DNA from: an uncultured Alphaproteobacteria bacterium
GTDB taxonomy: Bacteria; Pseudomonadota; Alphaproteobacteria; Rs-D84
Reading direction: 5' to 3'
DNA: 64,000 nucleotides
Assembly (NCBI GenBank): GCA_944392595.1
Contig: CALXXD010000006.1
Span: forward strand, 7,074-71,073
Shown: piece after piece, positions 47,201-53,896 of the stretch
Numbering within the stretch: the first letter of the stretch is position 1
Layout: each line of letters starts with the position of its first letter
Notes under the pieces: generated by a model
What the model saw: the letters and a program-made list of their open reading frames with translations, nothing else
Database searches by the model: none
What the model was told of the DNA's origin: nothing
Position numbers and translations under genes: made by a program

Positions 47201-48043
47201 CACCAACACAGGCGCCCCACCACCGGTTGTATTCAACAACTGGGATGGCGAATGATCTTTGCCGCGGATGGTTGTTTGCCCCATATACCCGTTTGCGAAC
47301 GCCGAATACCCGTGCATAATCAGCAAATAATTTTGCAACGGCACAGTTATACCCGCCGTCAAATAATTATCAGTTGGTTGTGCCGACGGCCGCAGGAAAT
47401 TAAAATCATTTTCCAATACATTGCCCACGTTGGTCAAATTGTTTTGATAAGCCGTTTCACTGTACGCAATATCGCCATTCGAATCAAAATACGCCGGCCC
47501 AACGGGTATTTCAGCCGTTTCTTCGACAATATCACCGGTATCGCCACCGCCCCCGCCAGGAACACGATCGCCATTACCCGATGATCCACCACTATTTTCA
47601 TTTCCCGGATCCAGCCAATCAGTTAATAAAAACAGCCCACCTACAACAACGGCGGCCCCCGCCGCCGCCAAAGAAATCGTCTGGGCGGATGACAGTCCGC
47701 TGAACAGTCCCCCACTGGACTGGGGCTGCGTTCGCGATTCGTATTGTTTAATCTGTCGGTCGCATTGTGACGCATCTGCGCCATACATTTGCAGAATCTG
47801 GGCCGCGCGAATATCATTATTCATCAACGCCGTACAAACCAGCGACAAACCCGTGCTGTCGATATAATTTATATTTGCGCCCGCGTTTATCAGATTTTGA
47901 ACCTGCTGAATATCGGCATTTTTTGCCGCCGCCAACAACTGCGCCGCAATCATAAATTCATTATTGGGAACAGAAACCGCCGCAACCGCGGAACCCGCTG
48001 GGATTAAAAACAACGCCAACAATAATAATCTGATGTATTTCAT
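44252..48043 (-). CDS. Large outer-membrane protein: N-terminal ankyrin repeats, long passenger-like region, C-terminal beta-barrel-like domain (autotransporter-like)
   Basis: Signal peptide MKYIRLLLLALFLIPAGSAVAA. Ankyrin-like LINAGANINYIDSTGLSLVCTALMNNDIRAAQILQMYGADAS. A hydrophobic segment and a Gly-rich linker. The last roughly 300 aa alternate hydrophobic and polar residues like a barrel, but end ..HRLGI rather than with an aromatic residue. Confidence 0.6.
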   Translation of the reverse strand: MKYIRLLLLALFLIPAGSAVAAVSVPNNEFMIAAQLLAAAKNADIQQVQNLINAGANINYIDSTGLSLVCTALMNNDIRAAQILQMYGADASQCDRQIKQYESRTQPQSSGGLFSGLSSAQTISLAAAGAAVVVGGLFLLTDWLDPGNENSGGSSGNGDRVPGGGGGDTGDIVEETAEIPVGPAYFDSNGDIAYSETAYQNNLTNVGNVLENDFNFLRPSAQPTDNYLTAGITVPLQNYLLIMHGYSAFANGYMGQTTIRGKDHSPSQLLNTTGGGAPVLVSLITENGINPAGSAGRSVDGIVWADSSAEDVKTHVSDKYANYAAPSGNNYGGEQSGFDFSGSGTAMNPFATANESALAKIIGGWEAGGRAYADLYGFVPNGQLAVYKTGGGGEFVNVSDGASVGGLTDLAPGGKDGDINPGDTITINGVEYTIDLASSDTALDVADDSAGDASDSVTRPTITINGTKFEVGPGSTLMVGVCKSSTENGCDGVGNIAIYRGTDGYYYVNTTGGNRPDAVYAVKATDDGYGIFVQKEWQESSIKTFEALYATRGSGAVLANLTVNPKSRDVSYINTGGIESYFALSGATTESAKKTAFATLINSYYEKDGTDVSTGNTQGGYANSLFNGYNSNSPILVMSAGEFEYGTGDGKSLNVLDATFENYAPALYGSNLEHNFMTIVAVQHSVGTSNADSIGDYGDGTGSEYGPLYLSAWTDTKGTSETDDDVTYMSRKCGVAGLGINGVDPWCFAAAGPTAEMATASAAGAVAAVKGAFAYMDSDEIFTLLALTADGAYLGYDDNGNKFTADTLAEYLKDMYSLPPDYMEDQLTGQDYLDAFAEVYGYGMINLERAMTPGHKIYYYDGDTIVSDNGNAYWRAASNTVFRASSAFGPGSATISAPFFDMLESVNGDMSLPRVWKNEFALGVTDARGLYMGDILGEFKTRRDTQQRVQVGNFGFSMAVSEKQYADNLNGLDNLRLDYTSGDWNFAAGYQRHFTDGASRFDGMSNPILGLASNAITTDAWYNMGRWSFGARAFSGSVTDETMLDNDPTISSQYMPAQLGLMQGAQSSVAWHGDKFGFNTSVGAAFESDTLLGALSGGLLDMGNGNTIYVDSEFSFSPADDVTFKLRSTFARTTTNATGQFILGMSDVDSTAFAFGVDAGNFSFSVSSPLAVTDGYLQYPYAEYEIVNNGDNEYELNIVDTHIENLSLRPDNREVRFTGAYRHNFGEFTDGAIGFIYRVHPNNTDEFGNESIFMMKMTHRLGI

Positions 48044-48098
48044 TGATATTCTCTCTGTACAGAAAATATCTTAACACACTTTGAAAATATAAGTCTAT

Positions 48099-48130
48099 AA
48101 AAAAATCGGTGCCATATTTAATGACACCGA
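48099..48130 (-). terminator. Rho-independent terminator of 48158-48847
   Basis: Hairpin TCGGTG..(13-nt loop)..CACCGA followed by TTTTTTT on the - strand. Confidence 0.65.
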
Positions 48131-48157
48131 AATATAGTCAAATTGTACGCAACCAAA

Positions 48158-48847
48158 TTAACGTGTTTTCCATCTGATAACGCGTTTTTCTGTGATTTTG
48201 CGTATTTTTCCATCAACCATGGCATTCAACACAGTATCAATCTGGTTACCTTTTTCATCGCGCACTTCAACAACTTCGCGACCCAAAGAATCCAATTTGA
48301 ATTCCAAGTAAGCAACTTTGATTTCCATCTGCGGATCTTTTTCGATATTAACGTTGCCGTCACCGTTATTCACAACGATATTACCCTGGTTATTTTCAGC
48401 ATTTATTTCAGTCATGCTGCCTTTACCACCTTCTTCGTTCTGAACGACAATATTTTTTTGGTTATCATTCGCGGTAATTTTTGTATTATTACCTTCTGGG
48501 ATAATTGGCATTCCAGGCTTTTCAACAAACACTGTGTCACGCACGACTTTTGTCACAACTTTCGGACCAGTTTTTGTTTTCTTGGCGGGCTTTTTACCAT
48601 TTTCACATTCCACCAATTTATCATTGACCTTTGCAGTGGAATCACGCCACATAGCAATAGAATCACGATAAGCCTGATTTTGCTTTATCAAACTGTCCAT
48701 TTGCGCACGCGCACTGCGCACAGCATCCTGTGTCGCGAACACTTCTTGACGCAAACCCTTATCATCACATGCACGCACAGCCAAGAATACGACCACAGCC
48801 GCACCAATAACGCCCGCGCTTGCACCAACAATTCTTTTCCAGTTCAT
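48158..48847 (-). CDS. Membrane-anchored hypothetical protein (229 aa)
   Basis: N-terminal anchor IVGASAGVIGAAVVVFLAV. Terminator downstream on the - strand. The overlapping + strand ORF (48143-48910) is Phe/Ile/His-rich and implausible. Confidence 0.6.
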   Translation of the reverse strand: MNWKRIVGASAGVIGAAVVVFLAVRACDDKGLRQEVFATQDAVRSARAQMDSLIKQNQAYRDSIAMWRDSTAKVNDKLVECENGKKPAKKTKTGPKVVTKVVRDTVFVEKPGMPIIPEGNNTKITANDNQKNIVVQNEEGGKGSMTEINAENNQGNIVVNNGDGNVNIEKDPQMEIKVAYLEFKLDSLGREVVEVRDEKGNQIDTVLNAMVDGKIRKITEKRVIRWKTR

Positions 48848-48986
48848 TTCAAATCCTTTGTTTTATACACAACCAAAAATAGGACAAAAATATTCTTTTG
48901 TCAAGTATAAAAATAAAAAGTTTTTATCTGTTATTTTAACTTTGCACGAATTGCTTTTTTTTGATATACTGATGCACAAGAGAGAA

Positions 48987-49865
48987 ATGAAAACACGCAC
49001 ATTATTATTAACGGTAATATTGTCGGCCTGCCCTGGGATTGCGGCGGCTGCGTCGTGTTCTGTTATGAATTTAACCCGCTGTTTGGATTCAGTATGCGCA
49101 ATAAACGTGTCGTCAAATCCGTCTGCACGTTGTCAGTATTGCGGCACGTCCAGTGCGGGCGAACCGCCATCCCAGCGTGGCGGAATGGTAAGTTTATCCG
49201 TTGGTGCATCTGCGCGTTATACGATAAGCGAAGATGAATTGGAAGATGCCCCGACCGACCCAGGCCAACGTTATGCATGGGCAACCGCGAAATGTATTGA
49301 AAAAATCGATGGATGCACGCCTGATGACGTTACCGATAATTATGACAAGTTGATCGAACAATCCTGTCGTGCGGCCGGTGTTTCTGCACAATTGGCGGCG
49401 ACATTGGCGGACCGTGCAAAGCCCAGTGCCACTTTATCCAGTTGTACAACATCGATTCGTGCATGCATGATTGCTGCGAATCGGTGCGGATCTGATTGGT
49501 CAAATTGCGCGGACGACGCATCGTTTAACGAATTTTTATCAACATGCGGCGTCCAAGAAAATAATTGCAGTGAATTTATGCCTGACGTACGCACCGCCAT
49601 GACTGAAGATCGCGATTCCGCAATCGCCAACGCGGGCGCATTAATTGAAAATATTATCAAAGGGTATCAAAACGCGCGCGAACAGAAATTGGCATCTGCG
49701 CGCCAGGCCTGCACCGACGGCACAAGTCGCACCAGTTGCGTTGAAACCGTATGCGAACGCAATATGCCAAACAAGTGCGGCCAGGGCTACGAATCGGAAC
49801 GCGTAAATGCAGAATTGCTGTGCGAATTTTATGATTTGGCATGCGAACTGCTGGATTTGCAATGA
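48987..49865 (+). CDS. Cysteine-rich secreted protein or lipoprotein E (292 aa), distant family member
   Basis: Start moved to MKTRTLLLTVILSAC (possible lipobox LSAC). Cys modules RCLDSVC, RACMIAANRCGSDWSNC, TCGVQENNC. The stop overlaps the start of gene F (ATGA). Confidence 0.7.
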   Translation: MKTRTLLLTVILSACPGIAAAASCSVMNLTRCLDSVCAINVSSNPSARCQYCGTSSAGEPPSQRGGMVSLSVGASARYTISEDELEDAPTDPGQRYAWATAKCIEKIDGCTPDDVTDNYDKLIEQSCRAAGVSAQLAATLADRAKPSATLSSCTTSIRACMIAANRCGSDWSNCADDASFNEFLSTCGVQENNCSEFMPDVRTAMTEDRDSAIANAGALIENIIKGYQNAREQKLASARQACTDGTSRTSCVETVCERNMPNKCGQGYESERVNAELLCEFYDLACELLDLQ

Positions 49866-51607
49866 TGGGGACAAAACAACATCTTTATCAGACAATTTTT
49901 GCACATTGTGGTGTTGTGTGCGTGGCTGTAATTACGCTGTTTGCATTTGGTACTGATGCAATTGCGGCAACACGTGGAACATCGGCGCGTGTATCAACAC
50001 GCGGCACAGTCGCGTCGCGTTTGCCCACAACAACATCGACATTAACGTCTTCAACAACGGTATCCAGTGCCACGACCGAGGCCGCAACCGAAGCCCCAGA
50101 ACCAGAGCCCGAGCCAGAGCCTGAACCCGAGATTGTAATAGAAGATAAAACATCCCAGTTTGATGAATTTATGGAATATGAAAACGATGCCGCGGATGCA
50201 TCAGCCGACAGATTGGCCGATATGATTGCGGCCCAACGTGCTGAATTGGATGCCCAGGATGAAATCGCGGCGGCCCGCGTAAATCCAACCGGCAATCAAA
50301 GTTTGTGTGATGTGGAATTACGCAAATGTATGCAGGAAAAGTGCGGTAACGATTTCACCGAATGCGCCGGCGATTCGGACACAACCTGGGGCGACAAAAT
50401 GGACAGTTGCCGAAATAATATGGAAGCCAACTGTACAGGCGACGCATACACAAAATTCGCCGCTGAAATCAAGGCCGATCGCGATTTTAATGCAGAAATG
50501 GCGGCATACAATGCGATTTTGAATTGTGGCAACACTTACAATGATTGCATCATAACAGAATGCGGCACAACATTTTCAAAATGTTTGGGTAAATCTGCGG
50601 GCGATGCGGCGATTGCAAAATGCAAAACCATTGCAGAAAATTGCCGCGAACAAGACAGCGGCCTGGCATCCCGCGCGATGCAGGTATTTGCCAACCTGCG
50701 TGTTGATGCCGAAGAACAGGTTAAACGCGACGAAGAACGTCTGTACGAATTGCGCGACGATATGTCCGCCCAGTGCCAACGTTTGGGCGCAACGTTCGAC
50801 GAACGCACATTCAGTTGCGTATTTACAGTCGAATTCTATGCGGGCGACGATGCCACATTATATGCATCGAAAAAGGCCTATGCCGGCGGCGTATTTGATT
50901 GCACACCGAATTGGTTTGGCATCGACGTTACAACATTTATGGAAAATGCGTACCGTGCAACGCGCGAGCAATCATCCGCCACATCTGGCTTTATGGGTGC
51001 GGGTATTGGTGTTGCGGCCGGCGCGATAACATCCGGCGCAATTGACCGTGCAATTGACCGAACCAAGGCTGAAAATGCCGTGAAAAAGGCTGAAAAAGAA
51101 CACGAAAAGAATTTTGGCGACGACAAGGATAAAAAATCCGACGACGGCGATAAAAAGCAAGACGACGGCGATACAAAACAGTCCGACGACGGGGATAAAA
51201 AGCAAGACGATGGGGACAAAAAATCCCAGGCTCAACTGAATTGTGAAAAATCTGGTGGCACATGGACTGGTAAAATTTGCAGCAATCCAGATTGTGGCGA
51301 AGGTCAAATTTGGGACGATTTATCCGGCCAATGCAAAGAAGATACTTCATCAAAAGATTTTAAACCCAAGGCAATCACTGAACAGGCACAAAGCAAGTGC
51401 GAAATGACTGGTGGCACTGTTGGCAGTGATGGATCATGTATGTGTTCTGGCGGTAAAAAATACGATACCAGTCGCGGTTGCGTATGTCCCCCGAATACAA
51501 CGCTGGGCGACGACGGTAATTGTAAATTAAATTTGAACACCAGTATGGGTTCAAGCACAGGCACAAATCCGCTTGGCGTATCTACACGCGGCCTGTCGTT
51601 CCGTTAA
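49862..51607 (+). CDS. Cysteine-rich secreted protein F (581 aa), distant family member
   Basis: Signal/anchor ..VCVAVITLFAFGTDAIAATRG. Arg/Thr/Ser tract, (EP)n, modules LCDVELRKCMQEKCGNDFTEC and NCGNTYNDCIITECGTTFSKC, Gly-zipper GAGIGVAAGAITSGA, DDGDKKQ repeats, C-terminal CxC EGF-like modules. Confidence 0.8.
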   Translation: MMGTKQHLYQTIFAHCGVVCVAVITLFAFGTDAIAATRGTSARVSTRGTVASRLPTTTSTLTSSTTVSSATTEAATEAPEPEPEPEPEPEIVIEDKTSQFDEFMEYENDAADASADRLADMIAAQRAELDAQDEIAAARVNPTGNQSLCDVELRKCMQEKCGNDFTECAGDSDTTWGDKMDSCRNNMEANCTGDAYTKFAAEIKADRDFNAEMAAYNAILNCGNTYNDCIITECGTTFSKCLGKSAGDAAIAKCKTIAENCREQDSGLASRAMQVFANLRVDAEEQVKRDEERLYELRDDMSAQCQRLGATFDERTFSCVFTVEFYAGDDATLYASKKAYAGGVFDCTPNWFGIDVTTFMENAYRATREQSSATSGFMGAGIGVAAGAITSGAIDRAIDRTKAENAVKKAEKEHEKNFGDDKDKKSDDGDKKQDDGDTKQSDDGDKKQDDGDKKSQAQLNCEKSGGTWTGKICSNPDCGEGQIWDDLSGQCKEDTSSKDFKPKAITEQAQSKCEMTGGTVGSDGSCMCSGGKKYDTSRGCVCPPNTTLGDDGNCKLNLNTSMGSSTGTNPLGVSTRGLSFR

Positions 51608-51649
51608 AAAGATGTTTTGTGCGAAGTGAATTTAACACCAATAAACGAT

Positions 51650-51677
51650 AAAAACGGGGCACGCCCCGTTTTTTTAC
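51650..51677 (+). terminator. Rho-independent terminator of gene F
   Basis: Hairpin ACGGGGC-A-CGCCCCGT followed by TTTTTTT. Confidence 0.8.
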
Positions 51678-51754
51678 AGATTCAAATTTTTACCCGCCCA
51701 ATGGGCCTATCACCCAAAGCCTTGGCGAAGGGTGAAACGAGTAACTAGCCCCGC

Positions 51755-51897
51755 TGTCATTGCGAAGGAGCGCGAAACGTTGAAAACGTTGGCGTACGAC
51801 TGTGGCAATCCAGTCTTAATATGTCTGCGGGCGAACGCCCGCAGTGCTTTTTTATTTACTGGATCGCCACGGTCGTTTCACTCCCTCGCGATGACAA
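51755..51897 (+). mobile_element. RE-A MITE-like element
   Basis: Collinear with 15381-15524 and 52205-52348, with the same terminal inverted repeats. Confidence 0.75.
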
Positions 51898-51928
51898 GGG
51901 GGGGGTAATAGCCTAAGCACACACCACT

Positions 51929-51999
51929 CTTGTCATTCCCGCGCCCGGGGTCCCCGCAAATACGAATGTATTTGTGGGGTGGATAAGGCGGGAATGACA
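51929..51999 (+). mobile_element. RE-B palindromic element, empty form (no RE-C insert)
   Basis: TTGTCATTCCCGCGCCCGGGGTCCCCGCAAATACGAATGTATTTGTGGGGTGGATAAGGCGGGAATGACAA. Identical flanks to 52382-52568, but it lacks the 116-bp segment. Confidence 0.75.
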
Positions 52000-52204
52000 A
52001 GTTAAGAGACTAAGTGGATAATTAGACACTCTCTTACCACCCCGTCGCTTCGCGACACCCCTCCAACAGAGGGGAACTTTGCCTGCAACGGGAACGCACC
52101 AATGCCCACCGCCCCCGGGCCCCGCGCGACGTGTCGCGTGGGTGGATACCGGGCGGGGGGTGTCGTGCTTTGCACGACGGGGGGTGGGGCTAATACGCGC
52201 CACC

Positions 52205-52348
52205 TTGTCATTGCGAAGGAGCGCAAAACGTTGAAAACGTTGGCGTACGCCTGTGGCAATCCAGGTATAATATGTCTGCGGGCATCCGCCCGCAGTGCTT
52301 TTTTATTTACTGGATCGCCACGGTCGTTTCACTCCCTCGCGATGACAA
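52205..52348 (+). mobile_element. RE-A MITE-like element
   Basis: Collinear with 15381-15524, with a few substitutions (GCGCAAAACG, GTACGCCTG). Confidence 0.75.
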
Positions 52349-52381
52349 AGGGGGGGGTAATAGCCCAAGCACACACAACTC

Positions 52382-52568
52382 TTGTCATTCCCGCGCCCGG
52401 GGTCCCCGCAAATACGAATGTATTTGTGGGGTGGATAAGGCGGGAATAGGGTCTATTAAATTTGTGCCGCGGATTACGAGTGAATAAAAAAATACAACGC
52501 TGAAATATTCCCCAAATAAAATAATTAAAACAACCCAAGCCCTATTCCCGCCTTCGCGGGAATGACAA
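52382..52568 (+). mobile_element. RE-B with nested RE-C insert (filled form)
   Basis: Same as 51929-51999 plus an extra 52448-52563 bounded by direct GCGGGAAT (52440-52447 and 52556-52563). Confidence 0.75.
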
Positions 52569-52814
52569 GTCAAGAGACTAAGTGGCTAATTAGGTACTCT
52601 CTAACCACCCTGTCACGCTAACGCGCGCCACCCCTCCAACGGAGGGGAACTTGGCTCATACCGTCGCGGAACAAGTTCCCCTCTGCGGAGGGGTGCCGAC
52701 GCAGTCGGCGGGGTGGTCTGTCACGAGTAACTAGTAACGAGTAACCAATGCCCACCGCCTCCGGCGGGGGGTGTCGCGCCCCGCGCGACGGGGGGTGGCA
52801 CGAGTCACGAGTAA

Positions 52815-53771
52815 CTATCCAGCCAACAAATCATTCAAATCTGTGATAACGGTAACGCCCATGGATTCCCACGCCGCACGACGCGCATCCAAATCCATAA
52901 TATTGGTCGCACCCAAATACAGCACAGACCGCACCCCGTGCGCCGCCGCAACATCCAACACATTCGCAATGGGTGACGGTTTCTGATTACCATTTGCGAA
53001 CCAGGTATCATCATCTGCAACCCAAAAATCAGGGTCATCATGCACGGCAATTGCATCCCGCGCAGTCAATATCACATCGCCGTCCATATTAAAATCAACC
53101 CCATTACCGGTCAGAAAATCGCCAACCGCACCACCAACGCCAGACGTGCGCACACCGCCGCCATCGGTATCTTCAACCTCGAAATCCATATCGGAAAACA
53201 CAGGCGTAAAAGACGGCACTTCATCAACCGACACATCAAAATCATTCGGCAATGGCAATGCGTCTGAGGGCTGTAATTCTGGGACAGATTGTGTTTCATT
53301 TGCCTGGGGACGATTTGTAATCACATTACCAATATCAAAAACCGATTTTGGCGCAGCCCCAACATGCACGCGCGCCCGTTCAAACGCAGCCTTTAATTCA
53401 GTTGGTACAATTTTTTTATCCGTCTCTTCAACTTGGGGCGTGGTCTGGGGCACATCTTCTTTCTTGTTGTCTTCTTGAATTGGCACAGGCGTCATAAACT
53501 TTGGAATTTTAACGGGTATCAGCGGTTTCCCCGTTCTTATAATAATCGCGGTTGTGGCAACATATAACGGCACTGCGGCCAAAATCAAAAGCCCAAAAAC
53601 AAAGCCTGCAAATCCACGCAATTGCGCATGCATCAAGACATGCCATTGCGCGGCCGAAAACATATTAAAATTAAACATAAATTGCAATATGGCCCACATC
53701 GCCACGACATAGCACACAGTCCATATAATGACATAACGCTTTTTTTGCAAAAATTCTAAGAATTTATTCAT
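52815..53771 (-). CDS. Hypothetical membrane protein (318 aa)
   Basis: Two or three N-terminal TM helices (YVIIWTVCYVVAMWAILQFMF; FAGFVFGLLILAAVPLYVATTAIII). Acidic/Pro-rich middle. C-terminal globular part not recognised. Confidence 0.6.
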   Translation of the reverse strand: MNKFLEFLQKKRYVIIWTVCYVVAMWAILQFMFNFNMFSAAQWHVLMHAQLRGFAGFVFGLLILAAVPLYVATTAIIIRTGKPLIPVKIPKFMTPVPIQEDNKKEDVPQTTPQVEETDKKIVPTELKAAFERARVHVGAAPKSVFDIGNVITNRPQANETQSVPELQPSDALPLPNDFDVSVDEVPSFTPVFSDMDFEVEDTDGGGVRTSGVGGAVGDFLTGNGVDFNMDGDVILTARDAIAVHDDPDFWVADDDTWFANGNQKPSPIANVLDVAAAHGVRSVLYLGATNIMDLDARRAAWESMGVTVITDLNDLLAG

Positions 53772-53896
53772 ACTAAAATTATAGACAATTTTTATTATTT
53801 GTCAATATTATTTGTGTTTTTTACATCTAAAAAGTACTTTGTTTATGGTCAAAATAATGGTATAATTACAAAAATGATAGAAGGGGGATATTCCTT

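Larger units (their letters stand above)
51700..52814. repeat. Repeat island 5 (largest, about 1.1 kb)
   Basis: Two RE-A copies, one empty and one filled RE-B, CCCCTCC-loop-GGAGGGG modules, GTCGCGC..GCGCGAC hairpins and heptamers. There is no credible CDS (ORFs open on both strands). Confidence 0.9.

Noticed and set aside
44252-48043. Subtilisin (S8) protease passenger in the 1263-aa protein.
   Set aside because: Weak look-alikes of the His (LIMHGYSAFANG), Asp (VSLITENGINP) and Ser (AGPTAEMATASAAGAV) boxes exist. But the His-like box precedes the Asp-like box, which is the wrong order for S8, and the Ser position is not a Ser. I cannot support this without a profile search.
48143-48910. 255-aa + strand ORF.
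   Set aside because: It is extremely Phe/Ile/His/Cys-rich, with no Shine-Dalgarno and no terminator. The - strand ORF 48158-48847 has a membrane anchor, normal composition and a downstream terminator.
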